A stretch of DNA of 64,000 bases from positions 37,045 to 101,044 of the forward strand of contig JADJWI010000004.1 of NCBI GenBank assembly GCA_016716435.1, in the 5' to 3' direction. Shown piece after piece: positions 54,939 through 64,000 of this stretch. Both the position numbers and the translations under genes were made by a program. The stretch comes from Acidobacteriota bacterium. Its GTDB lineage: Bacteria > Acidobacteriota > Blastocatellia > Pyrinomonadales > Pyrinomonadaceae. Position 1 is the stretch's first letter, and each line of letters begins with the position of its first letter. The notes under the pieces were generated by a model. It made no database searches and was not told where the DNA came from. It was given only the letters and a program-made list of their open reading frames with translations.

Positions 54939-55492
54939 ATGCCCGAACCAATTGCTATAGAAAACCTAATGTTCTACGATCCGGACCTCGAAAGTTACGC
55001 CGCCGCCTTTCGGGCGGAGCACGGTTCAAGAGGTAAGACCCACTCGGTCGCCACGACAACTGACCTCATCGACGCCGTGAAGCAATACACAAAGGTGCGT
55101 TACCTTGAGGTTGTGATGCATGGTTCGCCCGGAATGATCTGGTTCAAGACCGGCGGCCAGATGGTGCCCGTTATCTCGGCGTAATAATCAATGATTCGAA
55201 GATGCTTTCGATAAATGCTCGTATACTATTCCTCGGATGCAACATCGCAGACGGTCCCGCCGGAGACACTTTTCTTGTTGAGATCGGGAAGGCGATGTTC
55301 CCGGGAACCGGTGGCACGGTCGGCGGGACCAACTCGATAAACGTGGTCATCGGCGGCACGACCACAAGGATGAATCCCTTGCGCTTCTTCGACACCAAAT
55401 TGAAAGTTCGGCGATTCGATGCGGATGGGAAAATGATTGCCGGAGAGGACGTGGGCTATTGGGGCGATCGGACAACAGTAAATGTTCGTTGA
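54939..55492 (+). pseudogene. DUF4347-like domain protein split into two ORFs
   Basis: ORF1 ends ...LEVVMHGSPGMIWFKTGGQMVPVISA*. A different frame, open from 55109, continues ...ARYLGVIINDSKMLSINARILFLGCNIADGPAGDTFL. Confidence 0.5.
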
Positions 55493-55506
55493 TCGCTATT
55501 TGCCAT

Positions 55507-56392
55507 CTAGGCTCTCGTTTCGAGAACCTCCAGCTTATCGCCAACCCTGATCACAACCCCCGGGTTCTCGGGGATTAGATTCTCACCAAAGAGGACGTAG
55601 TTGGGTTCCATACCAAGCTCTTCTAGCTTGTCGGGAAAAACGTCCTTCGCCATCCGGAAGCTTGCCAGGGTCCGGAGCGGTTCCTTGCCGGCAAATTCAC
55701 CGCGGTCGGGGTCGACCGTCGTGATCGCACACCGGGCACAGGGTTTCACCACGCGGAAAATGGCCTCGCCAACCCTGATCCTCGCCCAGCTATCTTCTTC
55801 AAACGGCTCGGTGCCGCTAACGACAAGGTTCGGCCGGAATCGCCGCATCTCGAGCGGAACGCGGTCGGCCTCGTTCGTACTATTCGCCGCGATCCGCCGG
55901 TTCAGCTCCGCAAGCGAACCCTCGCCGATCAGCAGCAACGGATAACCGTCCGCAAAGCTGACCAGATCATCCCCGCGATCAAACCGCTCGCTGACGTGCC
56001 GCTCCGTGGATTCGGGCATCAAAACAAGCTGACAGTTCCGCCCGAGCACCTCACTGAACCACTCATTCACTTGCGTCGGATAAACCAAAGCACGACATTC
56101 AGAATTCCATATTTGCACCGACATGGACTTCACAGTGTCCTTCTTGGTTCCATCAGCGACGAACAAAGGCTCTGTTTCCGGCGCGCCAACGACTATTCCG
56201 GTGTCACTAACATCTACCGAAATCAGCCATTTTTGGCACTTCCCGCTGCGTCAGGAACATCCCCTCGCGGTCCGTCAGCATCCACCGCCGGTCATGTCGC
56301 AACCCGCGTTTCTCAACCAACGCCTCGGAAAGTGCGTTCCCGCGAAGCGATTTGATCGGATAAATGTTTATCTTGGAAATTTTCATTGCCAC
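55507..56392 (-). pseudogene. MOSC-domain protein (YcbX-like), split by a single-base insertion near 56217
   Basis: The MOSC_N piece (56207-56392, INIYPIKSLRG) ends ...MADFGRC*. Removing one C at 56217-56218 gives MADFVDVSDTGIVVGAPETEPLFVADG..., joining ORF 55507-56166. Confidence 0.75.
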
Positions 56393-56462
56393 ACTACCTA
56401 TTGCGTTGTTCTTTTGAAAAAACTATCTACTCGCTGCAGACTTAAGGATTTTCGGCATAAAT

Positions 56463-56774
56463 CTATTTACCCAACCGAGAAAACAAAGAAATTGCCCAAA
56501 GCGGGCCAAACAGAATGAAATAAAGTGCAAACCCTGCGAGCAAGATCGCTACGATTCCTTGCCAACATCGAAAAGAAACAACTCCCAATACAATTGCCGC
56601 AAGTGCGCCGAAAAAGGACGTAGTTGCAAGCACCTGCGCGAAATTCGCGTTTTGGAATACAAACACCGTCTTCAGATAAAGCACGAGGAGAACAGAAAAG
56701 CTCGCTAGGCCCAAAGCAGTCGATCCAATTCGATACCGTATGTTCTCGGTTTTATTTGATAGCCGCACACTCAT
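56463..56774 (-). CDS. Small three-helix membrane protein
   Basis: 103-aa hydrophobic ORF. Confidence 0.45.
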   Translation of the reverse strand: MSVRLSNKTENIRYRIGSTALGLASFSVLLVLYLKTVFVFQNANFAQVLATTSFFGALAAIVLGVVSFRCWQGIVAILLAGFALYFILFGPLWAISLFSRLGK

Positions 56775-56810
56775 ATTTTCTTACATCAGCATTAAGTTCG
56801 AAAGTTACCT

Positions 56811-56839
56811 CTTGACAAGTTTAACCGCGTTTTGTAAAT
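56811..56839 (+). promoter_or_regulatory. Sigma70-type promoter of groES-groEL
   Basis: TTGACA (56811-56816), 17-nt spacer, TAAATT (56834-56839), abutting CIRCE. Confidence 0.7.
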
Positions 56840-56865
56840 TAGCACTCACGGATACCGAGTGCTAA
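56839..56865 (+). promoter_or_regulatory. CIRCE operator (HrcA binding site)
   Basis: TTAGCACTC-N9-GAGTGCTAA is a perfect match to the consensus. Confidence 0.92.
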
Positions 56866-56937
56866 AGACCATCTCTCTGGCCTGGGGTCCAAGTCATTTT
56901 AATACCAATAGGTACATTTCAAAAGGAGTACACGATT

Positions 56938-57255
56938 ATGGCAACAACCATCAAACCACTTCATGACCGCGTGATATTGCGTCGGATAGAAGACAACGTT
57001 AACCAGACGGCAGGCGGGCTCTTCATCCCGGACTCTGCTAAAGAAAAGCCGCAGGAAGGCGAGGTCATCGCCGCCGGCGAAGGCAAATATAAAGAGGACG
57101 GAACACGTCAGCAGCTTGATGTTAAAGCAGGTGACCGCGTTCTTTTCGGCAAGTACAGCGGCAGCGAGATCAAGCTCGATGGCGAGGAATTCCTCATCAT
57201 GCGCGAAGACGAGATCCTCGGCATCATTTCAAGGGCCGGCGAAGCCGCTAAATAG
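56938..57255 (+). CDS. groES: Co-chaperonin GroES
   Basis: [12 protein letters not shown]...[22 protein letters not shown]; 105 aa. RBS aaggag upstream. Confidence 0.96.
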   Translation: MATTIKPLHDRVILRRIEDNVNQTAGGLFIPDSAKEKPQEGEVIAAGEGKYKEDGTRQQLDVKAGDRVLFGKYSGSEIKLDGEEFLIMREDEILGIISRAGEAAK

Positions 57256-57260
57256 TTGCG

Positions 57261-57349
57261 AGAGTTACAGAGTTACGGAGTTGCAGAGGTAAGACTCTGA
57301 GTTCCGACAACTCTGCAACTCAATAACACGACAACTCTGCAACTTTTTT
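57261..57349 (+). repeat. Structured repeat block in the groES-groEL spacer
   Basis: Three tandem 8-mers (agagttac, agagttac, ggagttgc). gagttgcagag (57278-57288) is complementary to ctctgcaactc (57311-57321) and to ctctgcaact (57336-57345). A 15-bp direct repeat gacaactctgcaact occurs at 57306 and 57330. A T run lies at 57344-57349. Confidence 0.8.
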
Positions 57350-57367
57350 CGACGAAGGAGAAATTAA

Positions 57368-59017
<1,650 letters not shown>

Positions 59018-59029
59018 TCCGCTCCCGCA

Positions 59030-59080
59030 CCCCTCCTTACGAAGGAGGGGTGTCACCGCTTCGGTGACGGGGTGGTTCTC
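59030..59080. repeat. REP-like double-hairpin element, copy B (downstream of groEL)
   Basis: cccctccttacgaaggagggg, then gtcaccgcttcggtgac (7-bp stem), then ggggtggttctc, followed by ttttcc. It may double as the groEL terminator. Confidence 0.85.
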
Positions 59081-59189
59081 TTTTCCGCCAAGAACCGGAA
59101 GCAATAGCGACCGGGTAGTATTACCAAAAGGCCTCGGCATCCGCCGGGGCTTTTTCTTCTACATTTTCGCGCCTCGCAGCGAACATGTT

Positions 59190-59519
59190 ATGTTGTCGGC
59201 GATGAGTCGTATGAAAATAGCTGACCATGAAGGCCATGTTTGGACGGCTGTTCTGCACGGTCCAGATTTTGTAGAGAATGGGCCCGTAAACCGGACTCTT
59301 GAACGAAGTTGTCTCCTTCGCCTGAATGACACTGAAGTTCGGTTCTTTTTGGGCGCTCCGCATAACGCAACTCGTGTAAGCTTCGAACACGATGACCAGT
59401 GGTGGATGATCACGCACGGAGCGAACGGCAACGATCGTAACCCCTATGAAGTGATAGAGAGTTTAATACAGACACTTTCGCTGGCCGCGGAATACATTGA
59501 CGGTCCTACGAAAACATAA
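59190..59519 (+). CDS. Hypothetical protein
   Basis: The internal ATG at 59190 is preferred because the ORF-track start at 59064 lies in the REP element. No recognised domain. Confidence 0.4.
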   Translation: MLSAMSRMKIADHEGHVWTAVLHGPDFVENGPVNRTLERSCLLRLNDTEVRFFLGAPHNATRVSFEHDDQWWMITHGANGNDRNPYEVIESLIQTLSLAAEYIDGPTKT

Positions 59520-59714
59520 AGGCCCCAGCAAATCGCCGGGCCGTTTCAGTTGAAATTTGCACATTCTATGGTAATCTCTCGGCTAGAATTTAATTGGGCG
59601 AGCCCCACAGCTTGCAAAGAACTGCCGTTTAGTTCGCACGTAAAGACGCTAGCACCGGGCAAGGCCTTTGCTTTTATGTAGGCGAATGCCAAAGGGGAAC
59701 GGGCGACGAATACG

Positions 59715-60581
59715 ATGTTTTTCAGAAAAGAGTTTACCTTGGATTTAGATCTCCTCGAGGTTGATGAACGCAAATCGACGACATTCTCGTTCGAGGATGA
59801 GGGTATTATTCGCGTTGAAATACGGCGTCCAACAAGCGAAGACGAAAGAATTGGATACACGAAAAATCAACTCTTTTGTACGGCAATACTCGAAACCGCA
59901 ACGGATAAAGAAATAGCGGTAGGTTTTGAACACCTCGCCAGAAACAAGATGCCTAATGGCCATCTAGCCGACGAAACGCGTGGAGGCTCGGTCGTTGACT
60001 ACATTGATGATGACGGGAATATCAAAGAGAATTACATCGTCAATGTAGAATTGTTGCCGAAGAACTTTCAAGAGTTCCAATCGAAAATAGGTAGCAAATT
60101 GTCTGACTACGTCAGACGAGTCGCCAAGGTTTTGCGTTGGCGAGGTAACCGTAAGGGCCATCATAATCCCATTCAGAGTTCACGCGGTTTTTTTTGGTCG
60201 TTCGATAAAACCGATTGGAGGCGGATGCCAAATGATGCCCACGTCCGAATATCATTTGACATGATTCCGCAGCTTGACGAGCGCCTTTACTTTGATATCG
60301 AGACGATGGTTGCGGCGGGTATTGACGAGCCACTGGCTCATACTATTCTTAGGGAAGCATCAAATCAGATCGATAAGAACCCTCGTAGCTCTCTAGTTTT
60401 GGGAATTGTGGCTGTCGAAGTCGGATTCAAACAACTGGTAGGAACTCTCGTGCCAGGAGCACAATGGCTTGTTGAAAATGTACCCTCACCACCGCTCACG
60501 AAAATGTTGACGAAGTACCTTCCTCAACTACCCGCAAAGCGACAATTTGCTTGTGGCGTCCTAGCCCGCCACGGTCAATAA
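59715..60581 (+). CDS. Hypothetical protein, probable N-terminal and middle part of a larger protein continued in the next ORF
   Basis: 288-aa ORF in an AT-richer segment. It overlaps the next ORF, which is open in another frame from 60476. Confidence 0.5.
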   Translation: MFFRKEFTLDLDLLEVDERKSTTFSFEDEGIIRVEIRRPTSEDERIGYTKNQLFCTAILETATDKEIAVGFEHLARNKMPNGHLADETRGGSVVDYIDDDGNIKENYIVNVELLPKNFQEFQSKIGSKLSDYVRRVAKVLRWRGNRKGHHNPIQSSRGFFWSFDKTDWRRMPNDAHVRISFDMIPQLDERLYFDIETMVAAGIDEPLAHTILREASNQIDKNPRSSLVLGIVAVEVGFKQLVGTLVPGAQWLVENVPSPPLTKMLTKYLPQLPAKRQFACGVLARHGQ

Positions 60582-60778
60582 TCAAGTCGCTTGAAGAAGG
60601 CATAGAACAACGAAATAAAACGATACACGTGGGATCACCCCCACCTAATTCGCGTGACTTGGAGGAGTTGCTCTTTTCCACACGAGATGTTTTGTATCTG
60701 TTTGATTTTTACTCCGGAGAGGAGTGGGCATTGGAACGTATTCGAGATGCAACATTGGCTGAACTAAGTGGATCCTGA
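60551..60778 (+). CDS. Probable C-terminal continuation carrying an RNxxxH (HEPN-like) motif
   Basis: EQRNKTIHVG is encoded at 60611-60628. There is no independent ATG or RBS (the ORF track begins at TTG). Confidence 0.4.
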   Translation: MWRPSPPRSIIKSLEEGIEQRNKTIHVGSPPPNSRDLEELLFSTRDVLYLFDFYSGEEWALERIRDATLAELSGS

Positions 60779-60866
60779 ATAAGAAAGAGAAACATGAGCA
60801 ACGAAATTTTCCCACAGCCGGAAAGCGAGGTGGAAGGCTTTCAATCGTGCTAAGCTTATATGCCAT

Positions 60867-61229
60867 ATGAAAAGGTTTTCACTGATTACCGTCGTGGTTC
60901 TTGCTTTCGCGCACTGCTTGTTCGCACAGCAGCGAGATGCGACTTCGCAGAAGTGGACGATAACGGATCTGGTCGCGCTTCAAAAAGTGGAGTCAGACGC
61001 GCTTCGAAGTAAGCAGGAGTCTGAGTTCCGACTTCTGCTCGACGCGCAAAAATCACAAATGGAGTATATGCTTGACGGTCGCGGCGCGAACGCAACCGAT
61101 CTTTCGAAACTCTTTGCGAATGAAAGAGCGGCCGTCCAAAAGCAATACTCTGAGGAGCGCTCAAAGCTCGCTGAGTTGCAAAAGTCTGAGAGAGCCGAAT
61201 TACTAGCACCAATCCCGAAGGCGCCGTAA
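60867..61229 (+). CDS. Hypothetical secreted coiled-coil protein
   Basis: Signal peptide MKRFSLITVVVLAFAHCLFAQ. Confidence 0.5.
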   Translation: MKRFSLITVVVLAFAHCLFAQQRDATSQKWTITDLVALQKVESDALRSKQESEFRLLLDAQKSQMEYMLDGRGANATDLSKLFANERAAVQKQYSEERSKLAELQKSERAELLAPIPKAP

Positions 61230-61242
61230 CTTGAGAGCGCTT

Positions 61243-61563
61243 ATGGCGAAAAAGGCTGAGACGAACAACGATTTTTTTGAAGAGATTAAAGCGGGATTGT
61301 CGGCGGCGATCGAGCATGCCGAAGGCAAACGCAAGGACCTTCGCACGACTACGCTTCCGCGTCCGCCGAAAGAAATGTCTGCCGGTGAGATCGTGAAGGT
61401 ACGCAGCCAGCTCAACGTCTCGCAGGCAGTTTTTGCCCGCTACCTGAACATCTCGACCAAGACCGTCCATTCTTGGGAACAAGGCCTCGGAAAGCCCAAT
61501 GGCGCCAGCCTCAAGCTACTGTCGATCGTAAAAATGAACCCGAAGATCCTGCTAGATATGTAA
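61243..61563 (+). CDS. XRE-family HTH protein of the YiaG/HigA-antitoxin type
   Basis: IVKVRSQLNVSQAVFARYLNISTKTVHSWEQGLGKPNGASLKLL. ATG at 61243. Confidence 0.7.
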   Translation: MAKKAETNNDFFEEIKAGLSAAIEHAEGKRKDLRTTTLPRPPKEMSAGEIVKVRSQLNVSQAVFARYLNISTKTVHSWEQGLGKPNGASLKLLSIVKMNPKILLDM

Positions 61564-61585
61564 TTCGCTCGGATCGGTCGGCGGT

Positions 61586-62296
61586 TTAATGCACGAGCAT
61601 GTAGTTCATTTCTTCGTCGCGGATGATCTTATAGCATTTGCAGGCGGCGGCTTCGAGGGCGGAGCGGTCGGGGATGATGAGGCGGTTCCGGCTGTATCTG
61701 ATCAGATCTCTGTTCTCAAGTGATGCGAAGGCTCTATCGACCGCTTCTGGCCGCTCACCGAGAATGTTTGTAAGGAAATCGTGCGTCACCAAGATCTCGC
61801 TGGTCGCGATCCGGTCGCTTGTCATCAAGATCCACCTGACGAGACGTTTCTCGATCTCATGAAAGCGGTGGCACGCGGACGCCAGCGAGGCCTGCACCAT
61901 CTCGACATACGAAAAACGCAGAATCATCCGCTGCAAGGTCTCAGAGTTCGAGCATTCAATTTCAAATTGCTCCGAGGCCATCCTCAACGCGGTGCCTTTC
62001 ATCTGGGCGACGGCGCGGTACGGGGCCACCTTGCCGCCCGCGATCACCGGCAGGCCGAGGATGCCTTCGGGGCCAACCAGGCCTATCTCGAGCGCAAACT
62101 CCTGTGGCCCGACCGTCAGCAGCGTGGTGACCGTGCTGATCGGAAAATAAACGTGCTCGATCGTTTCGCCGCGATCGAAGATCTTTTCGCCAAAAGCCAG
62201 ATCGACCTTTTCTAGTTTTGGAACCAAGCGTTCGAGTTCGTTAGCGGGCAGGGAGGCAAGTGGTTTATTAGCGGTCGGGGTAATCATTTGATGCAT
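61586..62296 (-). CDS. Crp/Fnr-family transcriptional regulator
   Basis: cNMP-binding beta-roll plus a C-terminal HTH (THDFLTNILGERPEAVDRAFASLE). The ATG at 62296 is preceded by gaggag. Confidence 0.8.
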   Translation of the reverse strand: MHQMITPTANKPLASLPANELERLVPKLEKVDLAFGEKIFDRGETIEHVYFPISTVTTLLTVGPQEFALEIGLVGPEGILGLPVIAGGKVAPYRAVAQMKGTALRMASEQFEIECSNSETLQRMILRFSYVEMVQASLASACHRFHEIEKRLVRWILMTSDRIATSEILVTHDFLTNILGERPEAVDRAFASLENRDLIRYSRNRLIIPDRSALEAAACKCYKIIRDEEMNYMLVH

Positions 62297-62599
62297 AGAT
62301 CTCCTCAATTTCGGGCGTGCAACAGATCGAAAACCGTTTCCGCGCGAACAATAGAACAACATTGAACGGTAGGAGCGGCCATGTCTGTGCGTTTTCGCAC
62401 GCTCACGACAACACCCTCCAACGTTGAGCACCGCCGGGGCTTATTTCATTGCGTGCGAATCTTGACGCACAGTCGGGTCAGGTTGTAGGTGAGACACCAA
62501 ATCTGGAGAAAGAACCATGGACTGTACTATCAGAACGACCCCAAACAAAGGGTGGATCAAACCTTCGCGTTACCTAAAGCGATATGTTCTGCCGCTTGT

Positions 62600-63067
62600 T
62601 TATGGTCGAGCTGATGGTCGAGCCGGCGGGACGGTTTGGACAAACACTTCGTAAAATCCGGTGAGGCGATCGAGGGCGGCTGGGTCGCGTTGGGCGAGCA
62701 TGGTGATCGCGGTATCGCGTTCGGCAAAGATCGGCTTTAATTTGGTTCGTTGGTCGGCGTTCAAAAAGCCTTCATCGGCTTTGTCGTCCTCGGCACGTAA
62801 GCGAGTGAAAAATTCGCTGGTTTGCTGCCGGGCCGTTTCATATTCGCCGCGTCTCGCCTCGACGATCGACGACGACAGCAGATTGCTTATCTGTGATTGG
62901 CGCAATTGGGTCAGGGCGGCATCGCGATCGGCGGCGTTGCTCCGGGCCATCAGCCACATCGGCACAAGCCCGATCAGGAACGCAACCAAAATCACTGCTG
63001 CGAGCACTCCCCAGTGCTGCAGCCGTTCCTTTATTCGCTCTGAGAAACCCTTTTGTGTATCGCTCAT
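62600..63067 (-). CDS. Hypothetical single-pass membrane protein
   Basis: The ATG at 63067 overlaps the upstream stop (ATGA). One TM helix (VLAAVILVAFLIGLVPMWLM). Confidence 0.5.
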   Translation of the reverse strand: MSDTQKGFSERIKERLQHWGVLAAVILVAFLIGLVPMWLMARSNAADRDAALTQLRQSQISNLLSSSIVEARRGEYETARQQTSEFFTRLRAEDDKADEGFLNADQRTKLKPIFAERDTAITMLAQRDPAALDRLTGFYEVFVQTVPPARPSARP

Positions 63068-63429
63068 ATGTTCTCGTCTTCTGATTCTGCCGATGCCGGG
63101 TTTAGTTCCCACCGATCCTCGTCGCGTTTTTCCCGCTTTTCCGTCATATCAAGCGGCTCGTTTCGCTGGTTGGCAGTGCCGTACGCGAGGCCTTTCTGAT
63201 CGGCATTGATATTCGTATATGCCGCGTCCTCAAGGCTGTTTTCCGGCGAGGGCAACATATATTTCAGCTCGTTCAGCTCATCCTTGATCTGTTCACCCTC
63301 CGACTCGCCGAGGTCCTCGGCATGTTCGAATTCACGATCGACCTGCTCCTCTATTGAAGGCTCGGCCGCTCGCGCTGCGTCGGTCTTTCCCGCCTGCTCG
63401 CTGTTCGTAGCTTTTTCTGAATTTCCCAT
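63064..63429 (-). CDS. Hypothetical highly acidic protein
   Basis: 121-aa ORF rich in Glu/Asp, translationally coupled to the next gene. Confidence 0.45.
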   Translation of the reverse strand: MGNSEKATNSEQAGKTDAARAAEPSIEEQVDREFEHAEDLGESEGEQIKDELNELKYMLPSPENSLEDAAYTNINADQKGLAYGTANQRNEPLDMTEKREKRDEDRWELNPASAESEDENI

Positions 63430-63523
63430 TTCAAACTCTCCAACGTACGCTAACTATAGACGAGACCAAAAGGCTTCGGAACGGTCCAAGGCCTTTCGAT
63501 CTCGAAATACCAAATCACAAAGC

Positions 63524-63799
63524 CTACCGACGTCCGTTTAGAAGGCGAAACAGCAAGAGGACCACGAGGGCTCCGATTATCGAAGAGATAAAGCTCGGAA
63601 GGTTGTCGCCGATGTTATCGAACGAGCTGATCATCGGATATCCGAAGAAAGCATTCCCGAGAAAACCGCCGACGACCGCACCGACAACTCCGAGGAGCGT
63701 CGTCAATATCACCCCGCCGCCGTCCGGGCCGGGCATAATGAATTTGGCAATGTAGCCTGCCAAAAATCCCAATATCAACCAGATAATTAAAGAAACCAT
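63524..63799 (-). CDS. GlsB/YeaQ/YmgE-family (transglycosylase-associated) stress membrane protein
   Basis: IIWLILGFLAGYIAKFIMPG...LLGVVGAVVGGFLG is the family signature. Confidence 0.8.
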   Translation of the reverse strand: MVSLIIWLILGFLAGYIAKFIMPGPDGGGVILTTLLGVVGAVVGGFLGNAFFGYPMISSFDNIGDNLPSFISSIIGALVVLLLFRLLNGRR

Positions 63800-64000
63800 T
63801 TTATTCTCCCTGTCTTTGTCTCGGCGTTTTCGGCCAACTACTGGCTTGAAAGAGCCGCTATACTATCAAATGCTGTAACAATTCACGTTCAATTTGATCA
63901 TAAATGCGGGCGATCGTCTGTGTGCTAGCACACGCATAGGGCCGGCCAAAACCGCGAAATATCTAACAGCGGGCGCGAACCATCTCGCCCTTTGCCCCGG

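Noticed and set aside
59546-59860. 104-aa minus-strand ORF in the islet
   Set aside because: It overlaps the start of the better-supported plus-strand 59715 ORF. It has no RBS or motif and a Ser/Arg-rich composition. It is left uncalled.

Overview
64-kb chromosomal segment of a moderately GC-rich bacterium. The 1200-aa CarboxypepD_reg-type TonB-dependent receptor and the several TonB_C modules are reminiscent of Acidobacteriota, but that is inference only. I found no rRNA, tRNA, CRISPR array, transposase or integrase by eye. Well-supported content, in order: an S8 protease with a dead Clp-like AAA+ module; GNAT; a TM-PAS-GGDEF-EAL protein; sdhC-sdhA-[AT-rich WD40-like gene]-sdhB; LysR; NfeD-flotillin; a lipid kinase followed by an acyl-AMP ligase/carrier/PlsC tri-domain enzyme; an S15 peptidase; a CpxRA-like two-component pair facing a Spy/CpxP-like gene across a perfect GTAAA-N5-GTAAA box; an 18-kb GlcNAc/MurNAc (peptidoglycan fragment) salvage locus (nagA, TonB-dependent receptor, beta-lactamase-fold/NamZ, LysR, GlcNAc kinase, murQ, Na+/solute symporter, GH3 NagZ-like, DAP-decarboxylase-family enzyme); PhyH, HAD and FAD oxidase; uvrB; purC; a sigma70-type promoter and CIRCE upstream of groES-groEL; an AT-richer islet with a possible HEPN protein and an orphan XRE antitoxin-like gene; Crp/Fnr; YeaQ/GlsB. 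The most anomalous signal is a ~1.5-kb almost adenine-free tract of G/C/T homopolymer blocks (50451-51975) that fills the divergent spacer between uvrB and a decayed beta-helix gene. It is non-coding. It is either a sequence artefact or a very unusual G4-dense element. At least eight genes are broken by single-base frameshifts or in-frame stops, including uvrB (twice), DUF2254, MOSC, a CSLREA beta-helix gene and beta-lactamase/NamZ. Other points: a ~53-nt double-hairpin REP-like element sits in frame inside the decarboxylase CDS, with a second copy after groEL; a 36-bp duplication of the murQ 5' end brackets a TonB_C gene and a TonB_C remnant. Every homology call is by-eye motif recognition and none was searched against a database.
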